Assembly (NCBI GenBank): GCA_965659685.1
Contig: CBFHXB010000011.1
Span: 8,595 to 72,594 of the forward strand
DNA from: Candidatus Poseidoniaceae archaeon
GTDB taxonomy: Archaea; Thermoplasmatota; Poseidoniia; Poseidoniales; Poseidoniaceae
Direction: 5' to 3'
Length of the DNA stretch: 64,000 nucleotides
In this document: positions 17,001 through 24,592 of the stretch, piece after piece
Layout of the letters: the number at the start of each line of letters is the position of its first letter
Position numbering within the stretch: position 1 is the first letter of the stretch
The notes under the pieces: model-generated
The model's database searches: none
What the model saw: only the letters and a program-made list of their open reading frames with translations
Told to the model about the DNA's origin: nothing
Made by a program: the position numbers and the translations under genes

Positions 17001-20000
17001 TCGGAGCAGAGGGTCTCTCCGCCTCTCATCCGGCCAACACCGTCACCTTCACCCACGTCACCAACGGCGCAGGTCATCTTCACCTCAACGGCATCGCCTC
17101 ATGTCAACGTCACGCCGATGCGCCCTCGGTTGACGGACAGCGGTGCAGCACTTCCTTGCGGGTCTGGTCAGCGGCCACCTTGCAGCCCCATGCCTTCACC
17201 GCACTGAGTCCCGTGGACGATCGTCGGCTGTCGCTGGACCTCGCCATCGTGGACGCGGCCTTGGCCGACCGGCGTGCCGGGAGCACGGCGTCTGAGCACC
17301 CGCTCGAAGTCTGGGTTGCGACAGAGCACGGCGCCGTGGACGTTACCCTCGATCTCTCTTCCCGCGTCACGTTGCACGACGCCTTTGTCCAGGTTCCAAC
17401 ACGGGCATGGACGCCGGGGACCAACGTGACGGTCATCACCGAGCACGAGCGGACCGACCCACGAGATCCCCTTTCCAGCGTGCCGCTGATCGAATCGGTC
17501 ACGCTTGGGTTTGGTCCTTCACCGTCCTCACCGCTTGGTGAAGTCACGGTGGATCGTTTGAGCGAAGGCCTCGCTCGGTTCAGGCAACCCGGCGGGGCCG
17601 GAATCGCGCCACTGCAAGACACCAGCACCGTGGCGTGCGACGCCCGTTCATGCCGGGTTGCGTGGACGTTCACGTCGACATGGTCCTTTGATGACGTGGT
17701 TCGCCTGCATTGGTGGACGGCCGCAACGGACGTGGAGGGACTGACCACCGGACCCGTGGTGCAAGCCATGGACGTGCAGGGCAACGACGTCGAGAACGAC
17801 CTTGAGGTGCTCTCTTTGGAAGTGTTCGACGATCGGGGACGAGCCTTGCACGACTGGACCAAGCCGCTTTGGCCGTACGAAGTGAGTGCAAACCGGAGCA
17901 TGGAGGTCCGCGGTCAACTTCGCATCGAAGGCATCGCAGGCGTCCACCCCTCGGCCGGCGATGCCTCCATCAGCCTCGAGTTGCGCAACGGGACGTGGAT
18001 GGACAGCGTCTTCGTCAGCGTCCAAGACGGGGGTTGGTTCAACGGCACCCTTGTCATGCCGCAGCCCGGCATCTTGCCAAGCGGCGCGGAGCTGACGGTG
18101 CAGGCACGCATCACGAGGTTCGGCCCTTACGATGCACCCTCCACCACCAGCGAGCAACGGGGCACCTCTCCGGTGGTGGACCTGGTGTACGACGACGTGG
18201 CTCCTCAACTCGTCGCCTTGGACGTGCTTGACCCCGGGGGCCGGCAGCCGGCAGACGGCCATGTGCTTCCCGCTGACGCGAACGTCGCTCTGGTGTTGAA
18301 CCTCAGAGACGACCAAGGCTTGGACGGACCCGCCTTCGTCTGGTCGTGGTTGCAATCGCGTGACGATGCCAACGGCAACGGCGTCAGTGAGGCAGGGGAA
18401 TGGGCGCGTGTCCTGGTGCCGTTGGCCGAAGGACGCACGGAACAATCCCTTGACTTGCCGTTGATTCAGGCCTCGGACATCGTCCCAACCGGAGCCGATC
18501 TTGGCCTTGCTCGCTTTGTGGTGGAAGCCTACGATGTGGCAGGGCACATGCTTCCCGGAGGCGGTGCATTCGAAGGGCCGTTCGCAGCGGAACTTCGTCT
18601 TGAAGCACGCCGACCCACCACCGTCCCTACGTCGAGTTTGGTGCTTGACGCAGACCAAGGTCGGTTGTATCCTGGCCATCTCCACACGTTCTCCGTCGAA
18701 GTCAGGGACGCCAACGGCCTGACCACCTTGGACGCCGTCGAACTGGCCCTTCTCGGCCAGGATGAAGACGCATGCCGTATCCTCTACGTCCCAAGAACGG
18801 AGGAAACCCGACCCGACGTGGCATGCTTCCTCGGCGCACCCGTGGTCAACGTTCAGCACCTCGGTGGGGCAGCATGGCGGCTGGACGTGACCTTCAGGTT
18901 GCGATGGGACGTGGCCTCAACGCATGCTGGACAGGACCATGTCCCGGCCCTGTTCGTCCGCGACGAGGGCCAAGACCTTGGCCTCGGATTTGGGCGGATC
19001 AGCGCCTTGACGTGGTGGACCAACGCCTCGGTTGATCTTCGTCTGGAGTCGGCCACGGACACCTCTCCGCCGTACGGCTCCTACACAGACGGGTCCCTTT
19101 TCGCAGAGCGTGGCGACGTGGTGAACTTCGCGTATCGTGCGGTGCACTCCAACTCCAACCGCACAGCAGAGCGGCTGCCCGACACCGTCCAATTGGACTG
19201 GTCGGTCACCGACGGAGCCCGCACGGACTCGGGTTCGCTGGACGTTCCAAACGACGGCAGGCCGATGCTTCGCTTGTCCCTCGACCCCACGCTCTTTGTC
19301 CGAACCTCGGGTCAATTGGACGCCACGTTGTCGGGTTGGTCGGAAGGAAACCTGTCCCATCGGGTGACCGTGCACATCGACGAGAACGATCCTCGCTTGC
19401 GGGTGGACGCCGTCCGCTTCCTGCAGGTGGACAGCACCTCGCTCGGTGAGGTGCCGTTGGCGGTCACCGTGCAGGACGTCGAGCGTCCCGTGGAGCAAGG
19501 GGTTGAGGCCCATTGGAGGATGTTGCGTCAAGGCCGCGTGCTCGACGGCTCTCAGGGAAGCACAGCCTTGTTTCTCGAATCCATGAACGGCCAATCAGCC
19601 CTTCATTCTGGAACCGTGGACCTTCGTCCGGACGGCTTCAACGTCGTGGAAGGTGACGTTTGGCAGGTGTGGTTCACCGCGACCGACGCCTCCGGGAGGG
19701 GTGCGGTCGGAGAAGGCAGCCTCACCGAACCCGTCACCGTCACGATGCGGTGGATCGCCTATCAACCCGCCCTTGCTTCCTTGGTGGCCGCCCCGTACCG
19801 CCCGTCCGTCGGCGACGTGGTCAACGTGGATTTCGAACTGGCCAATGGGGGCGTCTTGCCTGGCTCGACCCACGTTCGATTGGTGGACGGCGAAGGGGTG
19901 ACGCTGACCGAGGCGCAGGTCGCCCTCGAACCCGGAGAGCGCCAGCGCGTGTTGTGGACCGTCGAAGCGTGGACCGTCGGCGACCTTGGACTTCGTCTCC

Positions 20001-20224
20001 AACTCGGCAACGGGACCGTAAGCGACGTCCCCGTGCCGCTGGCAGACGTCAGCGCAGCAAGCGATGCCCCAAGCGGCAGCAACGTGGGTTGGACGAGCCT
20101 TGGCGCTCTGGCGCTCATTTTGGCCGTGGCAAGCCTTGTCACCGTTCGAATGCAAACCGGATCGAAGCCTCCCTCGAAGCAGGTTGTGGATCTCGGGTTC
20201 GAGGCCTTCGATGAGGAAGAATGA
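14003..20224 (+). CDS. giant (~2070 aa) secreted surface glycoprotein candidate with a C-terminal TM anchor
   Basis: The signal peptide MQRRRASLGMLLVLLLPLFVPVVHAG starts at ATG 14003 (or MEAH at 13991). I counted more than 30 N-x-S/T sequons by eye. Lectin/MAM-like module ends recur ('GWLLDGLSVHNEG', 'GWEGMAIDDLRAI', 'GWYIDDAGVEIDVF'). The C-terminus has the TM helix 'LGALALILAVASLVTV' followed by an acidic tail. The track start 13742 overlaps the divergent gene. Confidence 0.7.
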   Translation: MQRRRASLGMLLVLLLPLFVPVVHAGLGPLRQTSSSTATVTPLGGGGGITANNVTSVSVPLNHTVVDAGLTLGTVWSEDGSNGTQFSHDVRTGFSVGLHDRTEGLLRGGRLTLASPESTNDVEDFEDPVLTPDGWLAVGSADRSWSTVNLSSASLNASFPASAQDGHRALLLGGANVSLTPKMAGCFVAPQVDGPRVVRNMTVNFHSSADLGPQDARWVEWRSATSPTWAALAPEGGYPHAMNGSFDAGMQPDPTGLSAAWVGDETQGWMRHTLSLDGHVGSSEPWYQIRFCFATTNETASRSGWLLDGLSVHNEGDPGGAWFHGNLSGAYAPDADGWVILDTDLSGLSSPTELVFRANWDMEGGWQDSMTTLLSLDNGTSWTLLSQAPGLPGNGILWQGGWLTQESGGWIDVGYSLPPAVFTSSNASSAQLAFRVITDTNVGYGNAGVDGWEGMAIDDLRAITYGGVGNTTVRMLNNFTSTPVLGQGVNLSQTNSTNEWAWTTALGANGPTWWNASFESGRMVPRGWSISLERGQGWDVGVLPNGTTSGPRAWTSGNNGAGIVLDGDYAAESLAFLTSPSYSLPDNSSARLAFRSWVCTETDWDGGAVQISVDDGATWWFPPYHSHTHHTLSRMNPYSPFYDEGIYDGSIHNGGCPTRSQSFDAETIDVSNLSGQDVRFRYVFFSDTWVEKDGWYIDDAGVEIDVFLNEGTWTSPAFSAPARSMWGLLDGHARLPPGTNLTVDLLHQNGSAVDGWTGLTLPTHVSLLTSEAPVLRLRVNMSTTSSLATPILERLTMGSVAHLDAAHLGPVLPSGLVVGQDGAVSNVATSGTYLPFSAWPSCPHDRATVHVIAQGARLVAPGASVTSVGNASGVETFDVAWNAVRLHSGISMELPPGASMKEVRSEVDCVHSATGLTVGLDTQTHEVFDMASLGHGNVLGAADALAMVLNATDGTLLWDGNSSSSGPVTASNQSLELVWWVEGSSSQSASSIPFDMVFDLGAEGLSASHPANTVTFTHVTNGAGHLHLNGIASCQRHADAPSVDGQRCSTSLRVWSAATLQPHAFTALSPVDDRRLSLDLAIVDAALADRRAGSTASEHPLEVWVATEHGAVDVTLDLSSRVTLHDAFVQVPTRAWTPGTNVTVITEHERTDPRDPLSSVPLIESVTLGFGPSPSSPLGEVTVDRLSEGLARFRQPGGAGIAPLQDTSTVACDARSCRVAWTFTSTWSFDDVVRLHWWTAATDVEGLTTGPVVQAMDVQGNDVENDLEVLSLEVFDDRGRALHDWTKPLWPYEVSANRSMEVRGQLRIEGIAGVHPSAGDASISLELRNGTWMDSVFVSVQDGGWFNGTLVMPQPGILPSGAELTVQARITRFGPYDAPSTTSEQRGTSPVVDLVYDDVAPQLVALDVLDPGGRQPADGHVLPADANVALVLNLRDDQGLDGPAFVWSWLQSRDDANGNGVSEAGEWARVLVPLAEGRTEQSLDLPLIQASDIVPTGADLGLARFVVEAYDVAGHMLPGGGAFEGPFAAELRLEARRPTTVPTSSLVLDADQGRLYPGHLHTFSVEVRDANGLTTLDAVELALLGQDEDACRILYVPRTEETRPDVACFLGAPVVNVQHLGGAAWRLDVTFRLRWDVASTHAGQDHVPALFVRDEGQDLGLGFGRISALTWWTNASVDLRLESATDTSPPYGSYTDGSLFAERGDVVNFAYRAVHSNSNRTAERLPDTVQLDWSVTDGARTDSGSLDVPNDGRPMLRLSLDPTLFVRTSGQLDATLSGWSEGNLSHRVTVHIDENDPRLRVDAVRFLQVDSTSLGEVPLAVTVQDVERPVEQGVEAHWRMLRQGRVLDGSQGSTALFLESMNGQSALHSGTVDLRPDGFNVVEGDVWQVWFTATDASGRGAVGEGSLTEPVTVTMRWIAYQPALASLVAAPYRPSVGDVVNVDFELANGGVLPGSTHVRLVDGEGVTLTEAQVALEPGERQRVLWTVEAWTVGDLGLRLQLGNGTVSDVPVPLADVSAASDAPSGSNVGWTSLGALALILAVASLVTVRMQTGSKPPSKQVVDLGFEAFDEEE

Positions 20225-20254
20225 AATCCACGGTCATTTGGCCACAGACCATAC

Positions 20255-20338
20255 GACGGAGTTCCCGAGCGGTCAAAGGGGGTGGACTCAAGATCCTCTG
20301 CTAAGGCTTCGCAGGTTCGAATCCTGCCTCCGTCACCA
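20255..20338 (+). tRNA. tRNA-Leu (anticodon CAA), type II with long variable arm, CCA encoded
   Basis: I folded it by hand. The acceptor is GACGGAG/CTCCGTC. The anticodon stem is GTGGA/TCCTC with one U-U mismatch, and the loop is CTCAAGA. The T arm is GCAGG-TTCGAAT-CCTGC, followed by discriminator A and CCA. Confidence 0.8.
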
Positions 20339-20441
20339 CACTCTTCCATCATGCATCGCAGGATTCCACACCGAGGTCAAGGAACCCCTCGAGGGTTCGC
20401 AGGTCAGAACCAGCCCATCTGGGGCGGTGTTGGAAGGAAAG

Positions 20442-20525
20442 TGCGGGGAGCAGGATTCGAACCTGCGAACCGTTGAGGACTGCGACCTGAACGCAGCGCC
20501 GTTGACCAAGCTTGGCGATCCCCGC
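20442..20525 (-). tRNA. tRNA-Leu (anticodon CAG), type II, no encoded CCA
   Basis: The reverse complement folds cleanly. The acceptor is GCGGGGA/TCCCCGC and the D arm is GCC...GGC. The anticodon arm is CTGCG-TTCAGGT-CGCAG, there is a long variable arm, and the T arm is GCAGG-TTCGAAT-CCTGC. Confidence 0.9.
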
Positions 20526-20572
20526 GTGCAAAATCGACGCTGTGCCGGTCTGTTATCAAGTCACCCCTCGGC

Positions 20573-21289
20573 TTACTCCGAGGCCAAAATGGCCTCGACC
20601 AAAGGCGGGAATGTCGCCCCATGAGGTTCGGGTGAAGCGACGGAAGCGACCGCCGCAACTTCGGGAAATGCACCGCCCACCGCGATCGACCAACCCACCA
20701 ATTCGAACATGCTCAGATCGTTTGGTGCATCTCCGACCGCGAGGACGTCGTCTGGGGAAAGGTCGAGGCGATCCAGCACCTCAGCGAGCCCTTGTCCCTT
20801 GGACAAGCAGGGGTCCATCACGTGGATGGCGAAACCGGTTCGCAACACCGTGAGGTGCGACCAGCGTGAATCGGACAACGCGGCTTGAATCGCTTCCATG
20901 TCTTCACCGGTCTTGAGGCACCATTCGGATTCCCGCCAGCGGTTGGTGGCGATGCCATCTGCGTCGATGCCTGGAAGTTGTTCTGCGACCCACCTGCATG
21001 CGTCCTCGGCTTCGCTTCCTTGGGCACGGAGCACGACCTCACCGTTCGGGTACCACAACACGCCTCCGTTTTCGCAGACCAGGGGGCCGCTTAACCCAAT
21101 GAAGCGCCAGAGTCCGTAGGCGATGGGTCGGGTGTTTCCGGTGCAGATGACAACGGGAATCCCAGCGGCCTCCAAAGCCCTCAGCGCCTCAACTGCGCCA
21201 ACGTGCAGCCGCTTGTTGGCGTCGGTCAAGGTCCCGTCAATGTCCACGGCCACCAGTTTTGGCCTCCATCCCTCGGGCACCCATTGCAT
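20573..21289 (-). CDS. HAD-IIB phosphatase (archaeal phosphoglycolate phosphatase/Cof-like)
   Basis: 'KLVAVDIDGTLTD', 'VVICTGNTRP', 'ENGGVLW' and 'AVGDAPNDLSMF' are present. I prefer ATG 21289 to the track start 21367, which would leave only 24 bp to the divergent ATPase start. Confidence 0.7.
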   Translation of the reverse strand: MQWVPEGWRPKLVAVDIDGTLTDANKRLHVGAVEALRALEAAGIPVVICTGNTRPIAYGLWRFIGLSGPLVCENGGVLWYPNGEVVLRAQGSEAEDACRWVAEQLPGIDADGIATNRWRESEWCLKTGEDMEAIQAALSDSRWSHLTVLRTGFAIHVMDPCLSKGQGLAEVLDRLDLSPDDVLAVGDAPNDLSMFELVGWSIAVGGAFPEVAAVASVASPEPHGATFPPLVEAILASE

Positions 21290-21391
21290 GGGATTCAGTG
21301 GGTTGGCCTCCTCCTTAGGGGTTCGTGCATCGTGCGGCTTGAACACGTGCTTGGTGGGAGGATTCATGAGAACCGAACCGGTCCGAAGGTC

Positions 21392-24046
21392 ATGGTCGAT
21401 GACGACGAGGTCTTCATCGACATTGCCGACGGGACCGTCACCACAACCCTCAGGTCCTCAACGCCGATCCCCGAGCCGGCGCCAGAACCGAGGCAGGTCG
21501 TGGCTGAAACGACCACAAGCGGCCCGGTGCTTGAGGCGGAAATTGTGGCCGAGGCCACCGGCCAGTACGAAGTGACATGGCCCTTGTTGGGCATGGATTG
21601 CCCTGATTGCGCTTCCAAGGCCACACGGGCCCTGAAGCACTTGGATCAGGTCTGGGCCCCCGTCATCTCTCCGACCGCTGGGGAAGTCCGCGTGAACATC
21701 GATCTCTCGGTGGGCACCGTTGCCGAGGCCGCCCGTGTCCTCCGCTCGCTTGGGCACGCTCCAAACGTGCCTCATCAACAACTCAACGGCGTTTCTGCCT
21801 CTTCTTTGGCCAACAAGAACGGTGTCCCCATCGCGCGTCTCGACCGGCTGCTTCGGCGTCAACCTGGCGTGCTGGATGCCGAGATTACGCGTGACGACCG
21901 GGTGCTGCTCCAATTGGTTCCCGATGCTCCCGAAGGCATGGAATCCGACCGTGATGCGGCCCTCACAGGGCTTCTGGGCGCGGCTCCAAGCCTTGGTTTG
22001 GCCGATTCGGACCGGCTGCGTCCCGACCAACGCCGTCTTGTCGGTGGCGCGGTTTCCTTCGCCCTCTTTCCAATCGTGATTCTGCTTGAGATCCTTCATG
22101 CTCCGGCCCTGTTGCTCGGTGGGGTTGCAACGGTGGCGGTCGTCATCGGCGGGGCTGAGATGTTCCGCGAAGCAGCGGCCGGTCTCAAGAACCGACAAAT
22201 CGGTTTTCAGGTGCTGACTTCGATGGCCGTCCTTGGTGCCGTGCTGTTGACCATGTGGGAAGAGGCGCTCATCGTGGTCATCCTCGTCGCGTTCACTCAG
22301 CATCTTGAGGGCGACGCCTTGGTGCGGGCCCGCGAAGCCATGCAGGGTGGACTTGACCGGCTTCCGAGGACCGCCCGTCGTTCCAACAAGCCGCATCAGC
22401 AATCGTTCTCCGCACCGATGGGCTTCAGCCTCGCTTCTTCTGGCATGTCGCCGATGCAGGCGCCGCCGCCTGCGGCAGAAACATGGGAGGAGGTGCCGAT
22501 CGATTTGGTGCGGCCTGGTGACAAACTCCAGATCCGTTCAGGTGAGTTGATCCCGGCCGATGGCGTCATCGTTGCGGGAACAGGGAGCCTGGACATGGCT
22601 CCGCTGACCGGCGAATCCGTGCCGGTGGACGTGGAGTCGGGAGACGAACTCAACGCGGGCTTGGTCCTCCAGCGTGGACCTGTGGAAATCGAGGTCTCGG
22701 CGACGGGGGACGACACCCGACTTTCTGGGTTGATCGAAGCCGTGCACACCTTCCGTGAGGAACCTCCCCGCCTGCAAGGGCTTGTGGAGCGTTTCACCAC
22801 CATCTGGGTCCCCATTGTGCTCTTTGGTTCGGTCGTCATCTGGCGTGTCCTCTACCCCGACGACATCACCACCATGCTTCTGTTGTGGGTGGTCGCTTGT
22901 CCGTGTGCCCTGTTGCTGGCCGCACCGATGCCCCACGCGGCCATCCTCGCACGTGCAGCGCATCTTGGGGCCATCGTTCGAGGCGGGCATGCGATGGAGC
23001 GTCTTGCCAAGGTCGATCACGTTCTCCTCGACAAGACCGGGACCTTGACCAGCGGTCGACCGACCATCGGTGAAATCACCGTGACCAAAGGGCGTCGACG
23101 TGACACCGCCATTCGTTTGGCAGGTGGATTGGAAGTGGCGTCCTCGCACCCCTACGCCTTGGCGGTCGGCGATTTGCTTGAGTCCGAGGACCTGAAACCG
23201 ACTTCGGTTCAGGACCTCAAGGACGTGCATGCCGGCGTTGAGGGGCGCGTGCGTGGAGACTTGGTGGGCCTCTATCGCCCTGACCGGTTGCCGTCAGGTG
23301 TCACCCTCGAGGGCGAACTCGCTTCAGCCCTCGTGGTCTCCAGCAAGGCAGGACACGGCGCGAGCGTGTTGGTGCGAGGGGAGGAGTGCATCGCGCTCTT
23401 CACCTTCGTGCACGACGACGGACGTTCGGGCTCCGACGAGGTCGTGAAGGACCTCTATGCACGTGGCGTGAACGTCGAGATCCTCTCTGGAGACCTCCAG
23501 TCCGCGGTCGATCAATTCGCAGCACGCGTCGGCATGCCCAGCAAGGCAGCACATGGAGAATTGACGCCTGAGGACAAGGTTCGGTTCGTGGAACAGCGCA
23601 GCAGCACCCACGTGACCATGATGGTCGGTGATGGTTTCAACGACGCCGGTGCCCTGGCCAAAGCCGACGTTGGCGTGGCCGTGGGTACCGGTGAACAGGT
23701 CAACTTGGAAGCAGCAGACGTGTTGATTCCCGGGGACGACCCGCGGCTCATCACGACCCTCATTTTCCTCGCACGTTCGGCCAACCGCACCCTGTGGGCC
23801 AACTTGCTCTTCTCGATTGGCGTGACCGTCATTCTGGTCTTCGCGGTGATCAACAATTGGTACGACAACCTCTGGATCGGGGTGCTTGTGCATGAAATGT
23901 CCGTGATCGTCGTCATCCTCAACGGCGCCCGGTTGGCGGGAAGTGACGGCTGGTGGGACCTGATCAAGGGCACCTTCTCCGGCCTCATCGGCGACACGCG
24001 AGAGTCCATCGCGCTCTTCTCCTCACGCTTCCGCTCCTCGTCGTGA
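21392..24046 (+). CDS. P1B-type heavy-metal-translocating ATPase (Zn/Cd/Co-like)
   Basis: The N-terminal HMA motif is 'GMDCPDCASK'. It also has TM 'CPC' (VVACPCALLLAAP), 'DKTGTLT', 'GDGFNDAGAL' and a late 'HEMSVIVVILNGARL', which resembles the HEGxT of the Zn/Cd/Co classes. The start is trimmed to ATG 21392. Confidence 0.88.
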   Translation: MVDDDEVFIDIADGTVTTTLRSSTPIPEPAPEPRQVVAETTTSGPVLEAEIVAEATGQYEVTWPLLGMDCPDCASKATRALKHLDQVWAPVISPTAGEVRVNIDLSVGTVAEAARVLRSLGHAPNVPHQQLNGVSASSLANKNGVPIARLDRLLRRQPGVLDAEITRDDRVLLQLVPDAPEGMESDRDAALTGLLGAAPSLGLADSDRLRPDQRRLVGGAVSFALFPIVILLEILHAPALLLGGVATVAVVIGGAEMFREAAAGLKNRQIGFQVLTSMAVLGAVLLTMWEEALIVVILVAFTQHLEGDALVRAREAMQGGLDRLPRTARRSNKPHQQSFSAPMGFSLASSGMSPMQAPPPAAETWEEVPIDLVRPGDKLQIRSGELIPADGVIVAGTGSLDMAPLTGESVPVDVESGDELNAGLVLQRGPVEIEVSATGDDTRLSGLIEAVHTFREEPPRLQGLVERFTTIWVPIVLFGSVVIWRVLYPDDITTMLLLWVVACPCALLLAAPMPHAAILARAAHLGAIVRGGHAMERLAKVDHVLLDKTGTLTSGRPTIGEITVTKGRRRDTAIRLAGGLEVASSHPYALAVGDLLESEDLKPTSVQDLKDVHAGVEGRVRGDLVGLYRPDRLPSGVTLEGELASALVVSSKAGHGASVLVRGEECIALFTFVHDDGRSGSDEVVKDLYARGVNVEILSGDLQSAVDQFAARVGMPSKAAHGELTPEDKVRFVEQRSSTHVTMMVGDGFNDAGALAKADVGVAVGTGEQVNLEAADVLIPGDDPRLITTLIFLARSANRTLWANLLFSIGVTVILVFAVINNWYDNLWIGVLVHEMSVIVVILNGARLAGSDGWWDLIKGTFSGLIGDTRESIALFSSRFRSSS

Positions 24047-24077
24047 AGACCTTAGAGGAGAACGCCGTCCTCGTGGC

Positions 24078-24470
24078 ATGAGCGAGCGGTTGGAAGTGGA
24101 ATCTTCCATTGCCCCACCCGGCCTGACGTGCCCACGCTGCGACGGCCTTCTGCCCACCGGGTTGGGAGCGATGACCTGCACCTTGTGCGAGGCGAACGTC
24201 AAGGTCGACCACCCCGGAACCCGTCGTGCGTGGAAGGAAGAGAAAGTCGCCTGCCCTTCGTGCAGCAAAGTCCTCGTCAGCGGTGTCGACCAGCGTCCAG
24301 CCTTGCTCCGCTGTGGGTCGTGCGACGAGGAATTCGTGCTGACTCCTGCGGTCCCCAAGGTGGAGGTCTCTTGCCCGTCCTGCGAGCGTCGCCTTCGAAT
24401 GCGTCGTCGCCCGGGTCGCAGGGAAATCACCTGCCCCGCATGCGACAAGCGCTTTGCCGTCACCTTCTGA
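24078..24470 (+). CDS. multi-zinc-ribbon protein (four CxxC...CxxC pairs)
   Basis: The cysteine pairs are 'CPRCDG..CTLCEA', 'CPSCSK..CGSCDE' and 'CPSCER..CPACDK'. The protein is 130 aa with no other recognisable domain. Confidence 0.55.
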   Translation: MSERLEVESSIAPPGLTCPRCDGLLPTGLGAMTCTLCEANVKVDHPGTRRAWKEEKVACPSCSKVLVSGVDQRPALLRCGSCDEEFVLTPAVPKVEVSCPSCERRLRMRRRPGRREITCPACDKRFAVTF

Positions 24471-24592
24471 CCTCCGCGCTGTCTGAGGACTTGCAAACCG
24501 GTGCGCAGTCCCTCCTTCGGGGGCAGTCACCTTATGTATGAAGAGACGAGGATGCACTCCATCGGCAGCCCTGCTGTCGGGATGGGATTTGC

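Noticed and set aside
19188-19320. Additional CCAATTGG / TCAATTGG sites inside the giant surface gene (about 19190 and 19312; also 21910, 23853, 30006, 38580).
   Set aside because: These have only the 6-8-nt palindrome in GC-rich context. They lack the GGAA-WW-CG flank and the AT-rich patch, so they are compatible with chance. I did not count them as family members, although 30006 is mentioned under the ParA-RHH finding.
20255-20572. An integrated mobile element at the tRNA-Leu genes.
   Set aside because: There is no integrase, no duplicated tRNA 3' segment (att-like repeat), and no compositional break in the flanking genes.
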